Shown: positions 9,190 through 17,056 of the stretch, in pieces
Layout: the number at the start of each line of letters is the position of its first letter
How positions within the stretch are numbered: position 1 is the stretch's first letter
DNA from: Candidatus Poribacteria bacterium
Lineage (GTDB): Bacteria > Poribacteria > WGA-4E > WGA-3G
Assembly: GCA_965215265.1 (NCBI GenBank)
Contig: OZ244048.1
Location: forward strand, 3,807,812 to 3,871,811
Length of the DNA stretch: 64,000 nt
Direction of reading: 5' to 3'
Notes under the pieces: generated by a model
What the model was told of the DNA's origin: nothing
Seen by the model: the letters and a program-made list of their open reading frames with translations, nothing else
Database searches by the model: none
Program-made: the position numbers and the translations under genes

Positions 9190-10644
9190 CTACCGTGAAC
9201 CCTTTTTAATCGCCCACAACGTCTTCAAAATAATTTTCATATCCAAGCCGAGAGACCAGTTTTCGATATAGTACCGGTCATAACAGATACGCTCCTCAAG
9301 CGATGTATTGCCGCGTAGCCCGTTGACTTGTGCCCAGCCTGTCATACCACATTTTACACGCTGCCGCGCGAGGTAGTGCGGGATTGATTCACGAAACTCA
9401 TCGATCAGACCGGACATCTCCGGACGTGGTCCTACCAGGCTCATATCTCCCTTAAGCACATTGTAAAATTGGGGCAGCTCATCTAAACTCCACCGCCTCA
9501 GAAACTTCCCCAACGCGGTCTGCCGGGCATCATCCGGTGTTGCCCACGTGTGTCCAACCGCAGCCTCAGCGTCTTCACACATGGAGCGGAATTTGTAAAT
9601 CTCAAAACGTTTGCCTGCCCTACCGACGCGCTCCTGCCGAAAAATCGCTTTACCGGATGATGTCAACCGAATTGCTGCGGCAATCCCAAGCATCAACGGG
9701 CTCAAAACGACTAACGCTAACGTGCTGAAGCCAATATCTATCGTCCGTTTGACGATGCTCTGCCACCCCTGAATTGGGGACTCCCTTAACTGGATAACCG
9801 GAATACCTTCAAAACTCATAACAGTAGTGCGAGGGATATGCAATTCGTAGAACTCCGGCAATACGTTAATCTGAATTGGAATTCCTTCGCACACATTGAG
9901 AATATTGCTAATGTAGGCAAGACTACCGGGCATTGGACAGGTACGCGGTTCTGCCCCTTCAAAGCAGGCTTGGGCAATGAAGAGCTGATCCAACCGATAA
10001 TTTTGGATGAGTTGCGGCACGTTTTCGGTTCGTCCAATTAGCGGATGCGTAGGCATCTTAGTGGAATCTTCTCGTTCCTTTTCACTGTCTCTCACTGCGA
10101 TGTGTCCTACAAATTGGTAACCGCTGTGCTCGTTGAGGGTGTCTATCAGTTTTTCTACGGTTGGTGTGCAGCCGACGACAGCAACCCGACTGACACCGAC
10201 ACCTTGTGCTTGGATCGCCTGCCGAAAACGATGAATCGCAAGTCTTCCGAACGCCATCCAGATGAGGTTCAATCCTGAGGCGAGGAGCATGACCCACCGG
10301 GAGTATGCGTCGTGATGATAGATGAAAAATATCGCACCTAATGTGACGATTAACGTGATGATCGCTGCTTTACAGAGTCTCCAGAAAGCTTCAAAGGTGG
10401 CATTGCTCTCCAAGCGGTACAGTTTCAAGCCTTTCAAGGTCAAGAACCAGATAATCCCCATGAGTGGAATAAGGCGGAAATAGTCTGCCAGCGGCGGGGG
10501 TGCGCCTTTGTGAATCGCGACTGCCTCAAACCAGCCGGATGCGAAACGGAGCCAATACGCTACCAAAATAGAGGTGGCAACCAGACAGAGATCGAATAAA
10601 ACTGTGAGTGCGATAAGCAGATGGGCCAGTGTTTTTTGCGACAT
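9190..10644 (-). CDS. polyprenyl-phosphate sugar phosphotransferase (WbaP/EpsL-like, Bac_transf domain)
   Basis: Several N-terminal TM helices. C-terminal hallmark SLDELPQFYNVLKGDMSLVGPRPE. Confidence 0.85.
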   Translation of the reverse strand: MSQKTLAHLLIALTVLFDLCLVATSILVAYWLRFASGWFEAVAIHKGAPPPLADYFRLIPLMGIIWFLTLKGLKLYRLESNATFEAFWRLCKAAIITLIVTLGAIFFIYHHDAYSRWVMLLASGLNLIWMAFGRLAIHRFRQAIQAQGVGVSRVAVVGCTPTVEKLIDTLNEHSGYQFVGHIAVRDSEKEREDSTKMPTHPLIGRTENVPQLIQNYRLDQLFIAQACFEGAEPRTCPMPGSLAYISNILNVCEGIPIQINVLPEFYELHIPRTTVMSFEGIPVIQLRESPIQGWQSIVKRTIDIGFSTLALVVLSPLMLGIAAAIRLTSSGKAIFRQERVGRAGKRFEIYKFRSMCEDAEAAVGHTWATPDDARQTALGKFLRRWSLDELPQFYNVLKGDMSLVGPRPEMSGLIDEFRESIPHYLARQRVKCGMTGWAQVNGLRGNTSLEERICYDRYYIENWSLGLDMKIILKTLWAIKKGSR

Positions 10645-10708
10645 TTTCCCTTACATCAGACATCCGGTATAAAGCCTGATAGACTGTTTTTTTTTTTGTG
10701 AAAATTAA

Positions 10709-10741
10709 GGATTCGTCCCTGCTTTGCAGGGAGAACTTCTT
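10709..10741. repeat. 33-nt palindromic element (family C), inverted copy of 1195-1227
   Basis: GGATTCGTCCCTGCTTTGCAGGGAGAACTTCTT. Preceded by a T10 run. Confidence 0.6.
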
Positions 10742-10881
10742 AAAAATAGAATTGAGACTTTTCCTTTTAGTTTATAGGAATCATGTCAATTTCTCAACTA
10801 ATTTTGGACATTCTTCGCTTGCCTCGAATAGCATTGAACTTGGAAGAGCAAAACTTTTATAAGCCGTAAGGAGTGCCGGAG

Positions 10882-12111
10882 TCAGAAATAGACTCGAAAT
10901 GAGGAAAAGAAAACAGTGGAATACCCCCCGAACTCCGATCGGAATTGAGGGGTTTCGTTGTTTTCGGGGCGCTTTCCGATGCCGATGAAACCGCCGGCGG
11001 AGAGGTAAATATCCTCTGCGATGTTATATCCGAACTGAGAACCGACTAACGTCGACGGTTCAATTATATTGAAGAACATCTGTGAACTGCAAGTTATCAG
11101 ATGTGTCATCTGGTAAGTGAGTCCGGATACCAGATAGTGAATGCCCATCAGGTAAACCGCGCCATGGGTGTACGCCGGGCGAGTTAAATTGGTGCGGAAA
11201 TTTTCGGGGGACTTCGCGCCTGCCCCATTGAAATGATATTCAATAAACCCGTAAGTCTTGCCCCAAAAACTATAATCCAGACCGAGGGAAGTCCGCAAAT
11301 AGTTGTCCGATTCGTTGATATTACCGGCCGGAGGCTCCACAAGTACATAGGCAGTTTCTAACCAGAATCCCGCACCACCAATGCTGCGAGCGATATCCAA
11401 CCCTAACAGCAGGTTTCTGCGAAATTCTACCAATAAAATAGAGAAATCTGTCTCTACAGCATTCAATTGACTCCGGAGAAAGAAGGCACTTTTTTCAAAA
11501 TTGAAAGCATTGCCGAAGATATATCCGGTATCAAATTCTCCCATTATACCTATTGGAATACGGACCCGAATCGCATCCACGCCGATACGGTCTTCGGTAT
11601 CCAGTTGAGTGTAACTGTAGGGGGCAACGACATCGGTTGGGTTTATGGCGCGCGCACTTCCCCATGCAATCGCATCCCGACCGAGTAAGATATCCGCGAA
11701 ATTAGTACTGAACTGAACTGATGCACGATCAAGGTTATGATAGATGCTTACACTTCCGAGCTGTTCATTCTTGTCAGGATAGATTGTGGCATCAAAATCT
11801 GCAAGGCGATACTTGTATGGATTAGTTGCCACAGGAATTAGCGAATCAGAAAACAGCGATGGGTCTTGGACACGCGGTGTAAAATCGTAGGCGAAGGCGA
11901 AAGAAACGGTATCGGTCGGCGTATAAGAGAGATTGAGCCGGAGCCGGTTGACCACTGCCCCCATAATGGGTTGATTTGGCATCGGCGAATCCAGAGTAGT
12001 AAAAAAGTTTTTGTAGTACCCACCGATGTTGAGTTTTGTGGCTCCGTTTGCCTCGCTTAGGACAGTTGAGGTTATCATCAAAAGGATGAAGAATGCCAGG
12101 ATTTTTTTCAT
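10882..12111 (-). CDS. putative outer-membrane beta-barrel protein
   Basis: Signal peptide MKKILAFFILLMITSTVLSEA. Alternating amphipathic strands. C-terminal aromatic ...FRVYF. Sits upstream of the lolCDE-like genes. Confidence 0.4.
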   Translation of the reverse strand: MKKILAFFILLMITSTVLSEANGATKLNIGGYYKNFFTTLDSPMPNQPIMGAVVNRLRLNLSYTPTDTVSFAFAYDFTPRVQDPSLFSDSLIPVATNPYKYRLADFDATIYPDKNEQLGSVSIYHNLDRASVQFSTNFADILLGRDAIAWGSARAINPTDVVAPYSYTQLDTEDRIGVDAIRVRIPIGIMGEFDTGYIFGNAFNFEKSAFFLRSQLNAVETDFSILLVEFRRNLLLGLDIARSIGGAGFWLETAYVLVEPPAGNINESDNYLRTSLGLDYSFWGKTYGFIEYHFNGAGAKSPENFRTNLTRPAYTHGAVYLMGIHYLVSGLTYQMTHLITCSSQMFFNIIEPSTLVGSQFGYNIAEDIYLSAGGFIGIGKRPENNETPQFRSEFGGYSTVFFSSFRVYF

Positions 12112-12132
12112 TTCTCAAAACCGGGAAATCCT

Positions 12133-12837
12133 TTATTGACGTTCGTCACTATCTATTTGTCCATCTCTCAGTGTTATCAAACGTCTCGCCCTCTCCATCA
12201 CCATCGGGTCATGCGTTGAGAAGATGAACGTCATGCCTGTCCGCGTGTTGAGCCGATCCATCATAGTAAGCAGGTCTGCTCCCGTTTTCGAGTCGAGGTT
12301 CGCAGTGGGTTCGTCGGCGAGAATGATCGCAGGTTCAGAGACCATGGCTCGCGCAATGGCGACGCGCTGTTGCTGTCCACCTGAGAGTTGTGGCGGTTTT
12401 CGATCCGCAAACCCCTGCAACCCGACTTCTGCTAGCATTGCTGTAACCCGCCGGTGCCGCTCAGATTTCGGTATCCCTCCGAGGAGCATGATGTATTCCA
12501 CGTTTTCTTCAACTGTCAGTACAGGAATTAGGTTGTAGGCTTGGAAAATGAACCCGATGTTATCGCGTCGAAAATCAGAGAGTTCATTGCCGCTCATGTC
12601 TGATAGCACCTTGCCGGAGAGCCACACCTTTCCAGCTGTGGGTGTATCCAACCCAGAAATGATATTGAGAAAAGTTGTTTTCCCGGAACCAGATGGGCCG
12701 ACCAAAGCCGTAAATTCCCCCGATTGGATGGTCAAATAGACCTCGCGAAGCGCATTAACGGGGATTCCATCCGCAGAATAAACTTTCGTCACACCTTCTG
12801 TGACAATGATTTCTCTTTTTTCAGTCTCTTGCATCAT
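12133..12837 (-). CDS. ABC transporter ATP-binding protein (LolD/MacB type)
   Basis: Walker A GPSGSGKTT. ABC signature LSGGQQQRVAIARA. Walker B ILADEP. Confidence 0.9.
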   Translation of the reverse strand: MMQETEKREIIVTEGVTKVYSADGIPVNALREVYLTIQSGEFTALVGPSGSGKTTFLNIISGLDTPTAGKVWLSGKVLSDMSGNELSDFRRDNIGFIFQAYNLIPVLTVEENVEYIMLLGGIPKSERHRRVTAMLAEVGLQGFADRKPPQLSGGQQQRVAIARAMVSEPAIILADEPTANLDSKTGADLLTMMDRLNTRTGMTFIFSTHDPMVMERARRLITLRDGQIDSDERQ

Positions 12838-12843
12838 CAGGTC

Positions 12844-14073
12844 CTAAAAACTCCGACGCATCGCGGCTGCCGGAGACATTTTGGCTGCGTACCGGGCAGG
12901 ATACAGCCCAGCAACGATCGTAAAAACAAAAACCGACACTGGATAGAGGATGAACTGCCGGACCGCCATGATGGGATGAATTGACTCTTGTATCGTCACG
13001 CCCATCATTTCAATGCCTGTATAATCAATACCGATATGAGCTAAAATCGCTGTGAAAATGAAGCCAACTATTGCCCCTAGGCCGATGCTTACAATTGCCA
13101 AGGCCCCGGCCTCAAATAAGATGAGGATAGCCATTCCAAAAGGGCGTGTCCCAACGGCGCGTAACACGCCGAACTCAAACATTCGTTCGTATAACGACAT
13201 AAACAGTGTATTGATAATCCCAAAGATAACTACCCCGAAAAGCACAATCCCCAGGATGTACTTGCTGTATTTTGATATTTCCAATACAGTGAGCAATTGC
13301 GGCAAAATTTCTGTCCAGCTTAATGCCTCGTTGCCATGTTGCGAATAGGCTTCCCAAAACGGCAGATGTTCATCCTGAGCGTATGCGGCTGAAATAAACT
13401 TAATCGCGATTTGATGCACACCGTTACCGATGGCAAGCATCTGTTGTGCTTTTTCAAGCCGAACGAATGCCATGCCGCTGTTCATCTCTTCATCAGCAAA
13501 GTGATAAATGCCTGAAACCCGGAACATCTCTTGCGTAAGCTCTCCGCTTTCGGCTTGAGCCACTGTCACAACCACTCGGCTGCTAAGTTCAATTTCCAGA
13601 ATTTCAGCAAGTTTGGCACCGATTACAATATCGTGGTTATTACTTCCTTCAAAGTACACACCTTCTATCATTGCGTCATCAAGCTGCGACAAGAATCGCT
13701 CGGTTGCGGGATGAACCCCCACGAGGTTAATGGCACTCACATTCGCTGCAGAGGTAATCATTCCGAAAGCGAACGTTCTTTTTGTTGAATGCTGAACAAT
13801 CGGTTCCTCAGATAGGCGTGCAGTCAACTCGTTGAGTCCCTGAATCGTCATCGAGACTGCTTGTGTGTCTCGAAAACCTTGCCGATGAATCTGTCCATCG
13901 CCAAGGAACGACTCGGTAACCGTTTGGACCAGATTCTCTTCCATGCCCAGCCATAGCGCGTCGGCAAAAATTAGAGCAGCCAAGCCGATGCCGATCGCGG
14001 TTGCTGCGATGAACGTGCGTCGTTTATTCCGAAAGATGTTTTTCCAAGCCAGTTTGATTAAAATCAGCCACAT
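12844..14073 (-). CDS. ABC transporter permease, FtsX/MacB family
   Basis: One N-terminal TM helix, large periplasmic domain, three C-terminal TM helices. FtsX-like topology. Confidence 0.75.
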   Translation of the reverse strand: MWLILIKLAWKNIFRNKRRTFIAATAIGIGLAALIFADALWLGMEENLVQTVTESFLGDGQIHRQGFRDTQAVSMTIQGLNELTARLSEEPIVQHSTKRTFAFGMITSAANVSAINLVGVHPATERFLSQLDDAMIEGVYFEGSNNHDIVIGAKLAEILEIELSSRVVVTVAQAESGELTQEMFRVSGIYHFADEEMNSGMAFVRLEKAQQMLAIGNGVHQIAIKFISAAYAQDEHLPFWEAYSQHGNEALSWTEILPQLLTVLEISKYSKYILGIVLFGVVIFGIINTLFMSLYERMFEFGVLRAVGTRPFGMAILILFEAGALAIVSIGLGAIVGFIFTAILAHIGIDYTGIEMMGVTIQESIHPIMAVRQFILYPVSVFVFTIVAGLYPARYAAKMSPAAAMRRSF

Positions 14074-14158
14074 TGTTTTGAACTGTTATCCGTTTTCAAG
14101 CTAGATTGAAAGCATCAAAGGCGGTTTCATCTCGCAATCATACGAAGAATTGTCGCGT

Positions 14159-15373
14159 TTAGTGCATCCGCATCGCCCTCGCGGACGTAATTCGGGCAGC
14201 TTTTATCGCTGGAAATAGACTCACTCCAATCGCTGAGAGCAGAACGGTGATGGCCGGAATAATGAGGCTACGGGTGTTGACCTCGGCATATATCTTATCA
14301 AATTTGATGCCACCGTAGGTAAATTCCTCCGGGAGTGTGATGCCGTATATTGATAGCAGATAATTAATTAAAACGCCAAGGAACATGCCGACAACAATGC
14401 TGACAACGGCGATAATGGCGACTTCGCATATGACCAGCCAGAAAATTTGCCTCGGCTTCGTTCCGACTGCTTTTAGCAGGCCGTATTCACGCGTCCGCTC
14501 CAGGACCGACATCAATACCGTATTCAGGACACTGATGGCGACAATAAGCATAATAATCATTCGTGCTACGGCATCTCCTTTTTTATCAGCTTGCATGGCT
14601 CGATAAAAGGATTTAGCAACCTCCTGCCAAGGGGAAACATCTAGCGTTAGATCCTTGAGGCGTGTCTCAAGTGCTTGTGTGATTTTACGGACACGGTTGA
14701 TATTCGAAAGTACGACAACCATTTCATGGACGCGCCCTTCAAGGACTAATAGCTCCTGAGCGTCTTGGAGGTTCAGATAACACGCCATCCGATCCGATCT
14801 ATCGTCGCCACTTTCTGCTATACCAACGATCGTATACATGTCATTCGCAATTGAACCATCGGCAGCCTGAGAAACAATTACAATTTCACTTCCCACTGTT
14901 CCAGAAAGAAGTCTCGCGAGTCCTTTTCCAATTATAGCTTCATGCGATGGCGTTTTCGCTGGCACTCTTCCTTCAATTACCTTTTTATCGAATTGGGTCG
15001 TTTCGGATTCTCGTTCTACATCAATTCCGATGATTTGGACAGTGGTACTCTTTTCACCAACCGATCCAAGCCCTGCTGCATACACTCGCGGTGTCCAAGC
15101 TTCGACCTCTGTGCTGCTTTGAATTATCTCACCGACAGACAGGTAAGCGTTGATTGTTTTGTAGAGAGACGGCTTATCAAGGTAGCCTTCGCGATGCACT
15201 TGAATATGCCCAATGCGGTTTCGCGTGAACATCTTGATTATGTTAGCGTAACCACCGTCTGACCAGCCGATGAAAATTGATGAGAGTGTAAATCCTACAA
15301 TCATTGCGAGAGCGGTAAGGATTGTACGCCGTTTTTGCCGGAAAATGTTACGAAATGCAATTTTGAGTATCAT
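14159..15373 (-). CDS. ABC transporter permease, FtsX/MacB family (second copy)
   Basis: Same topology as 12844-14073. The paired permeases with the ATPase resemble LolCDE/MacB exporters. Confidence 0.75.
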   Translation of the reverse strand: MILKIAFRNIFRQKRRTILTALAMIVGFTLSSIFIGWSDGGYANIIKMFTRNRIGHIQVHREGYLDKPSLYKTINAYLSVGEIIQSSTEVEAWTPRVYAAGLGSVGEKSTTVQIIGIDVERESETTQFDKKVIEGRVPAKTPSHEAIIGKGLARLLSGTVGSEIVIVSQAADGSIANDMYTIVGIAESGDDRSDRMACYLNLQDAQELLVLEGRVHEMVVVLSNINRVRKITQALETRLKDLTLDVSPWQEVAKSFYRAMQADKKGDAVARMIIMLIVAISVLNTVLMSVLERTREYGLLKAVGTKPRQIFWLVICEVAIIAVVSIVVGMFLGVLINYLLSIYGITLPEEFTYGGIKFDKIYAEVNTRSLIIPAITVLLSAIGVSLFPAIKAARITSARAMRMH

Positions 15374-15464
15374 TCTTCACACAAAGCCACACTTATCGGA
15401 TTACAAAGTTTAACCAGCATGTAAGAAGAGTGCCTTAACCATCATGCCAACTCAATGTATTGGC

Positions 15465-16271
15465 TTATCTTCTTCTTTGAAGGTTCCGACGCGTAAAGAT
15501 TTTATCGTCGATTTCAGCATCAAAAGTGGCATTCAAAAACCGAACAACCGTTTTGTGCCCATCTCTGTTTTGGGGAATCATTTCCATGACAGAAGGGACC
15601 GTTTTGCCGTCGAAAGTTTTAACCTCTTTAAAATTTAAGACCCGCATCAATTTTTCTTTTTCGTCGTAGAAATGCTGCCATACAGGCTGATAATCACCCA
15701 TCCGTATGGCAGCAACAATCTTGCCCCAAACAATCGGCGAATCTTCCTTCGGTATGAGTTGAATGTAAAGATGGCCAGGAGAGGCATCTTTAGGCGAAAT
15801 CAACTGATAGGTATAATCGTTGAGCATTGACGACTCTTTGACTAAGTCGTCATTGGTAAAGTCAGAGCCCATCCAGGAACCCATCATCATTGATGGCGGA
15901 ATTTTTATTACCTTGTTAGTCTTAGGAAGATAGTTCCACATTTCATTCCCAATGCGTAAAGTCGCACTTCCTTGTTCCTTCTTCGGAGACGTAATTCGGA
16001 TAAAAGTCTTGTGCATCCTTTTTGTCCAGACCTTCATCGCCAAGGTGCGTTCCCAATGTGGCGTGACAATATGCATCTCTATCTCTGTCTGACTCGTTTC
16101 ACTACGATAAAGTTGATCCATCTTTTTGACGATGGCTTCAACGTCTAAAGCCGGTTCGTCAGCTGCGGCGAACATGTAGAAAGGAACTAGGAGCAGCATA
16201 AAAAAACATACTCTCAAGTTTTGCGTTGCTATTTTCGTCTTATTTATAGATTTAGCCATTTTTGGACTCAT
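15465..16271 (-). CDS. LolA-like outer-membrane lipoprotein carrier/sorting family protein
   Basis: Signal peptide. ~250 aa. Last gene of the FtsX/ABC cluster. Family call is by context and size. Confidence 0.4.
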   Translation of the reverse strand: MSPKMAKSINKTKIATQNLRVCFFMLLLVPFYMFAAADEPALDVEAIVKKMDQLYRSETSQTEIEMHIVTPHWERTLAMKVWTKRMHKTFIRITSPKKEQGSATLRIGNEMWNYLPKTNKVIKIPPSMMMGSWMGSDFTNDDLVKESSMLNDYTYQLISPKDASPGHLYIQLIPKEDSPIVWGKIVAAIRMGDYQPVWQHFYDEKEKLMRVLNFKEVKTFDGKTVPSVMEMIPQNRDGHKTVVRFLNATFDAEIDDKIFTRRNLQRRR

Positions 16272-16649
16272 CCTTTCAGGAATGATATTGAATTGAAATG
16301 GATTTTATTCGTGTTTTCTTGTACCTGTCATCCGACAAGTAACTAAACAGATGCAGCCTCGGTTGATCAGGTCTAATTCCGGTAGAGGTGTTGGATTTTA
16401 TCGTTCAACTCTTGTCCTAAGACGTAAGTGCCTTTACTATGGTATACAGATCTTAGTTCCGCTGTGAATTTGGGCCGGTGCATCAGTGCAATACTTTAAT
16501 CAAAAGTGTCCAGGATCTTCGATTAGGTATCTCCAACCCCATGTTTATAGTTTAGCAGAAGTCGATGTCTTTGTCAAGTGGAAAATCATCTCTCACTTGC
16601 CCCCATTTTTTTTCTGAGAGTCGTCTGTGTCTGATATTGTTAGGTTTGT

Positions 16650-16745
16650 ATAGGAGAAAAACAGTCATCTTCCTAGTAGGTAGCAGGTAAAAGGTTATCT
16701 TATCTCTCCTGAAAAGAGAGATAAAGAATATCTAACCTGCCACAA
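16650..16745. repeat. family-B-like hairpin repeat (partial)
   Basis: Contains stem-loop TATCTCTCCTGAAAAGAGAGATA. Related to the units at 25495-25640 and 27610-27725. Confidence 0.5.
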
Positions 16746-16747
16746 CT

Positions 16748-16930
16748 GCCTTTATTGTGCTAAAAGGTACTAAAAACGAGATTTGTGCTTAGGTTTTCAA
16801 AACATAAATAGTTGTTGTGCTGAAATATACTAAAAAACGAATTTATACAGTAACTGACAAAACATAAACCTTGATGGGGCTGAAATAGACGAATATACAA
16901 AGATGGGGCTGAAATAGACGAATATACAAA
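16748..16930. repeat. family-A modular repeat cluster incl. 2 x 29-nt perfect tandem
   Basis: GATGGGGCTGAAATAGACGAATATACAAA repeated at 16873-16901 and 16902-16930. Upstream modules CGAGATTTGTGCTTAGG / GCTGAAATATACTAAAAAACG are shared with 25.67, 27.77, 29.06 and 33.02 kb. Confidence 0.7.
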
Positions 16931-16933
16931 CAC

Positions 16934-16963
16934 TTGACTTTTTTCAACACATTACGGTATAAT
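16934..16963 (+). promoter_or_regulatory. sigma70-like promoter for hsdM
   Basis: TTGACT-N18-TATAAT. -10 ends ~93 nt before the hsdM ATG. Confidence 0.5.
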
Positions 16964-17056
16964 AACTTTATGGCATAGGACTATGATAATATGGCAAGGG
17001 ATGATTTTTTATGGCTTGCTTGTAATAAAGCATCCAATAAGGATAGGCATTGAGAT

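Noticed and set aside
16873-16930. Possible CRISPR array from tandem direct repeats (2 x 29 nt here; 2 x ~60 nt at 32965-33063 and 34421-34541)
   Set aside because: Only two copies each and directly abutting, so there are no spacers. The same sequence occurs dispersed in both orientations across the window. No cas genes are present. These are modular intergenic repeats, not CRISPR.
16272-17056. tRNA or other structured RNA gene in the 785-bp gap upstream of hsdM (also checked 36.3-37.1 kb and 47.6-48.5 kb)
   Set aside because: No cloverleaf-compatible segment (conserved GTTC/T-loop, 7-bp acceptor stem with CCA context) could be recognised by eye. A tRNAscan or Infernal run would be needed to exclude it.
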